Positions 48,014 through 51,145 of a stretch of DNA of 51,145 bases are shown here, piece by piece. The notes under the pieces are model-generated. The model saw nothing but the letters and a program-made list of their open reading frames with translations, did no database searches and was not told the DNA's origin. The first letter of the stretch is position 1, and each line of letters starts with the position of its first letter. The DNA comes from Pseudomonadota bacterium. Lineage in GTDB: Bacteria; Desulfobacterota; S145-22. The translations under genes were made by a program, and so were the position numbers. The stretch spans positions 1-51,145 of the forward strand of contig WGDA01000168.1 of NCBI GenBank assembly GCA_015493505.1. The letters run 5' to 3'.

Positions 48014-49395
48014 GGGATTATAATCTTTCCTTTCTCTTCAGTGTTTTCTTCGGAACCTTCCTGGGCCTCCTGAAGCTTTTCAGTCCCTTCCCCCTCGTCG
48101 CCTTCCTTGACCCATTCCACGACCGCGTGCTCCCTCAGGTACGCGAGGGTCTTGTTTCGAAGGAGTTCATCCTTCAGGCTGCCCAACTGCTCCTGATTCT
48201 TCTCGTAATAATTGCGTATCTGCTCCACGCCGATCCCCGTATCGTTCGACAGTTTCTCGTAATGGGCGTTCAAATCCTCCGGCGACACCGTCATGTTTTC
48301 CTTTTTGGCGATCCCGTCGAGCAACAGCATCGACTTAACCTGCCGCTCCGCAAGCTCTTCGAAAACCTTTTTCTGGGGATGCTTTGACAGAGGGACCTCC
48401 TCAACCTTCACACCCTGCCGTTTCTGGTCGTTCTGGTACTTCTGCAAAAGGTATTCGGCCTGTTTCGTAATCCAGGAACGGGGGACTTCAAAGCTGAAGC
48501 GTTTCAGCAGGAACGTCAGAATCTGCTCTTCCATCCACTGATTGTTAATCTCCTCACGTTCCTTCTCTATCTGCCCCCTTACGAACTCCCGAAAGGCGGC
48601 CACATCCTCAAAATCACCAAATCCCTTGATAAAGGCCTCATCCAGTTCCGGGAGCTGAAGCCGCTTGACTTCCTTGACCTTGATATTGAACGAGGCCTCT
48701 TTCCCGGCCAGGTCTTTATTTGGGAAATCTTCCGGATACGTCAGGGTAAAGCTGCGCGTCTCCCCAACCTTGGCTCCCATCAGGGCCTTGTCAAACTCCG
48801 GCAGGGTATCCGGGCTGCCAAGTTTGTGAAGCGCGTCATTCTTTTTGTTATCCTCAAAGGGTTCTCCATCCACTTCCCCCTCATAATCGATGATCAGGTA
48901 ATCCCCTTCCTGGGCCTCGTAATCTTCCTCCGCCGCCACCAGCCGGCCCTGCATCCTGCGCATTCTGTCGATGGCGTTATCCACATCCACGTCCAGGACC
49001 TCGACAATCCGCGACTTGACCGGTATCCCCTCATACCCAGACAGTTCAGGCAGGTCGGGAACGACTTCCACCTTCGCCTTGAACAGGAAATCCTTCCCCT
49101 CTTCCAGACCGTCAAAATGGATCTCCGGGCTTGAAACCACCGGGATATCGTGTTTCATCAATGCCTGCTTGTAATGTTCCGCCACCAACTGGTTTTCCGC
49201 CTCTTTGACGGCGTAGTCCTTAAAATGCGCCCGGATCACGCTCTCCGGCGCCTTTCCCTTCCGAAACCCCTTCAGTTTTGCCTCTTTCCTCAAATCCTTG
49301 AAGATTTTCGCCAGGGTTTCATCTACCTCGGCTGCCGGAACCGTGAACGACAACTCACGTTCTACCGGGCTGATTTCCTCAATCTTAACGTCCAT
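48010..49395 (-). CDS. tig: Trigger factor
   Basis: GFRKGKAP ribosome-binding motif, FKBP domain; upstream of clpP (alternative GTG start 49401). Confidence 0.95.
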   Translation of the reverse strand: MDVKIEEISPVERELSFTVPAAEVDETLAKIFKDLRKEAKLKGFRKGKAPESVIRAHFKDYAVKEAENQLVAEHYKQALMKHDIPVVSSPEIHFDGLEEGKDFLFKAKVEVVPDLPELSGYEGIPVKSRIVEVLDVDVDNAIDRMRRMQGRLVAAEEDYEAQEGDYLIIDYEGEVDGEPFEDNKKNDALHKLGSPDTLPEFDKALMGAKVGETRSFTLTYPEDFPNKDLAGKEASFNIKVKEVKRLQLPELDEAFIKGFGDFEDVAAFREFVRGQIEKEREEINNQWMEEQILTFLLKRFSFEVPRSWITKQAEYLLQKYQNDQKRQGVKVEEVPLSKHPQKKVFEELAERQVKSMLLLDGIAKKENMTVSPEDLNAHYEKLSNDTGIGVEQIRNYYEKNQEQLGSLKDELLRNKTLAYLREHAVVEWVKEGDEGEGTEKLQEAQEGSEENTEEKGKIIIP

Positions 49396-49411
49396 TTCCA
49401 CCCTTTCCGCA

Positions 49412-49495
49412 TGGTGCGAGAGAGGGGACTCGAACCCCTACGGGAAACCCGCTGGATCCTAAGTCCAGTGCGTCTACCAGTTCCGCCACCCTCGC
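49412..49495 (-). tRNA. tRNA-Leu(TAG)
   Basis: 84-nt GCGAGGGTGGCGGAACTGGTAGACGC..CTGGA CTTAGGA TCCAG, long variable arm, GGTTCGAGTCC..CTCGCACCA. Confidence 0.95.
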
Positions 49496-49523
49496 CAGAT
49501 GCCTAATTTTTTTCTTATTTTTT

Positions 49524-49552
49524 AATATAGACATAATCGTAGTTTCTGTCAA
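49524..49552 (-). promoter_or_regulatory. Sigma-70 promoter of tRNA-Leu/tig
   Basis: TTGACA-17 bp-TATATT on the minus strand. Confidence 0.7.
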
Positions 49553-49591
49553 TAACTAAAAAACGCGCCCGATTGAAGCAAAAAGGCCTTT

Positions 49592-50269
49592 TCAGTGCTC
49601 GGAAATCCCCTCCACATCCTCCAGGAATGCGCCGACATCCCCGGTTGCCATCGCCTTTTTGAAAAGCGCCAGCCCCCTGGCGTATTTGCTCTCCTTCCCC
49701 TCCCGCATGGCATACGTCTCTTTCAGGGATTCCCCCAGTGCCACGAGACGGTCCCGGCTGCCGGATTTCAGCTCAATCTCCAGCTCCAGGACCGGCTCCT
49801 CCAGGCCATAGCTTCGAATCTTTCCCTCATCGATCACGGCGTCAATTTCCGTGCCATCCTCAAAACGCAGCAGCGCGCCCGTCCGGTCCACCAAGACCTC
49901 AAACAGCACGATGAGTCTCTTGCCCCCGACAAGCGACTTCAGGGCTTCCGCCAGCGCCGCGTCCTCAAAAATCTCCAGGTCCATGGTGGGGTAAGGAATG
50001 TCAACCTCCCATTCGTCCCGGACATACAGGCCGGCGTCATAACTCTTCCCGCGCTTGATGGCCGCTTTCCAGCGGTTCCCCTCCAACCGGTTTCGGAAAG
50101 CAAATCCATGCGCCGATAGGTCGAGGGAAGCGGTGTCGATATAGCTGGTTTTCAACACGGCTGTCGAAGGGTTTGTCTCCAGGTAAGGCCGGATCAGGGG
50201 CAGGTCAAAGACATTTCTCAGCAGGTTCATATCCTCGCACAGCAACTTTATCTCGATTTCCCGTCCCAT
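49592..50269 (-). CDS. CYTH domain (triphosphate tunnel metalloenzyme) protein
   Basis: EIEIKL (ExExK), YIDT..DL, R.R, RDEWE, D.G.I, ELEIELK.G, SKYARG. Confidence 0.9.
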   Translation of the reverse strand: MGREIEIKLLCEDMNLLRNVFDLPLIRPYLETNPSTAVLKTSYIDTASLDLSAHGFAFRNRLEGNRWKAAIKRGKSYDAGLYVRDEWEVDIPYPTMDLEIFEDAALAEALKSLVGGKRLIVLFEVLVDRTGALLRFEDGTEIDAVIDEGKIRSYGLEEPVLELEIELKSGSRDRLVALGESLKETYAMREGKESKYARGLALFKKAMATGDVGAFLEDVEGISEH

Positions 50270-50270
50270 C

Positions 50271-51044
50271 TCATACCTCACCCCTGGCCTCAAGCAGCCA
50301 GTCCCTGAATCGCTTGAAATGCGCGTTTAACGACCATCTGAGCCTCTTGTCGAAAAAATGTGGCTCCCAGCCATCCTCCTCCAGGAGATCCGTAACCCAT
50401 AAAAGGGCCGCCCCGCGGATGGAAACCGTTTGGCTCACACTGAAAAAAGCGGATGTCTCCATATCAATGGCGCCAACACCACGGGCCGTCACCTCGCGAA
50501 CCAGCCGGCGCGTTTCCCGATAAAGCCCGTCGGTTGAAAACACGGCGTTTTGGTAAACCCGGCATTTCCTTCCAAACTCCACGAGCAACTCAGCGTACAG
50601 CCTCTTATCCGGGAAGGAAAGCGGACGATTTCCATAATAGCGGCTGACCCCTTCCCCCACGCGCGCGTAGGGAGGGAGCAGCAGGTCGCCTGGCGCGTGG
50701 CGGGTTCCAATTCCCCCGGCCAGTCCCAGGAAAAAGGCCTCCCGGACGCCAAAGGCAGCGAACTCTTCCAGAATGACCGCCACGTTGGCAGCCCCCATGG
50801 GGCAATGCGCCAGCACCCCTCTTCGGCCGCCCGAAACGTAATGGCAAACGGGCGGAGATTTCCACGACCACGCCTTCAGCGGTTCCGCCCCGAAAAGCTT
50901 TACCAACCGCCTGAAAAGCGGAAACACCGGTGTGACGACAGCCGTCCCCGGCAGGGCCATCTCTCCCGGAGATATCCCGTGCCTGCCAGCCAGGCTCTCG
51001 GCAAGTTTTCGGGGGGTAACAAGTGGAGGGTCAGGGTCCGACAA
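50271..51044 (-). CDS. Nucleoside phosphorylase family protein (PNP/UDP)
   Basis: MGAA..ILEE, G.AGG, GEGVSRYY, STDGLYRET, DMETSA, VTD. Confidence 0.85.
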   Translation of the reverse strand: MSDPDPPLVTPRKLAESLAGRHGISPGEMALPGTAVVTPVFPLFRRLVKLFGAEPLKAWSWKSPPVCHYVSGGRRGVLAHCPMGAANVAVILEEFAAFGVREAFFLGLAGGIGTRHAPGDLLLPPYARVGEGVSRYYGNRPLSFPDKRLYAELLVEFGRKCRVYQNAVFSTDGLYRETRRLVREVTARGVGAIDMETSAFFSVSQTVSIRGAALLWVTDLLEEDGWEPHFFDKRLRWSLNAHFKRFRDWLLEARGEV

Positions 51045-51048
51045 TCTT

Positions 51049-51145
51049 TCAGCTACCTTCAGTGGGCGGGGAATCGGGAGGGGTTTCCGGCGTCTTCGCG
51101 GCCTCGGCCTTTTCAGGCCCCTCGATTTCTTTCACGCCCTCGCGC
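51049..51145 (-). CDS. 3' end of an unidentified CDS entering from beyond the window
   Basis: Open frame REGVKEIEGPEKAEAAKTPETPPDSPPTEGS* stops 4 nt before the next gene; charged/Pro-rich tail (TatA/B-like, not provable). Confidence 0.4.
   Translation of the reverse strand, partial: REGVKEIEGPEKAEAAKTPETPPDSPPTEGS

Overview
Bacterial chromosomal window whose gene content and order resemble deltaproteobacteria/Desulfobacterota (inference). The first 17 kb (+ strand) is an unusual type IV filament locus. It has six paralogous GspG-like pilins with conserved ends and unrelated middles, a Myxococcus PilH/PilI/PilG-like ABC module, an MshE/PilB ATPase and a PilC platform. It also has a sigma-54 promoter, a small MerR-type HTH gene and an MSHA-like envelope set (PilM-PilN fusion, PilO-like, PilP/MshK-like, lipoprotein MshL secretin, MshM/ExeA ATPase, MshN-like TPR). 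The middle (17-36 kb) holds metabolic genes (deacetylase, ihfB, purQ, resB, MBL hydrolase, Nudix, adenine deaminase, nfeD/slipin, xdhC-AOR, SSS symporter, larB/larC, archease, Zn-ribbon, Nif3) and an AT-rich higBA module among palindromic repeats. The last 15 kb (- strand) is housekeeping: tRNA-Leu, tig-clpP-clpX-lon, rpsU-yqeY-mutS2-dnaG-rpoD, tRNA-Ile2. No CRISPR array, integrase, transposase or reverse transcriptase was seen. All calls come from reading motifs by eye; no searches were run.
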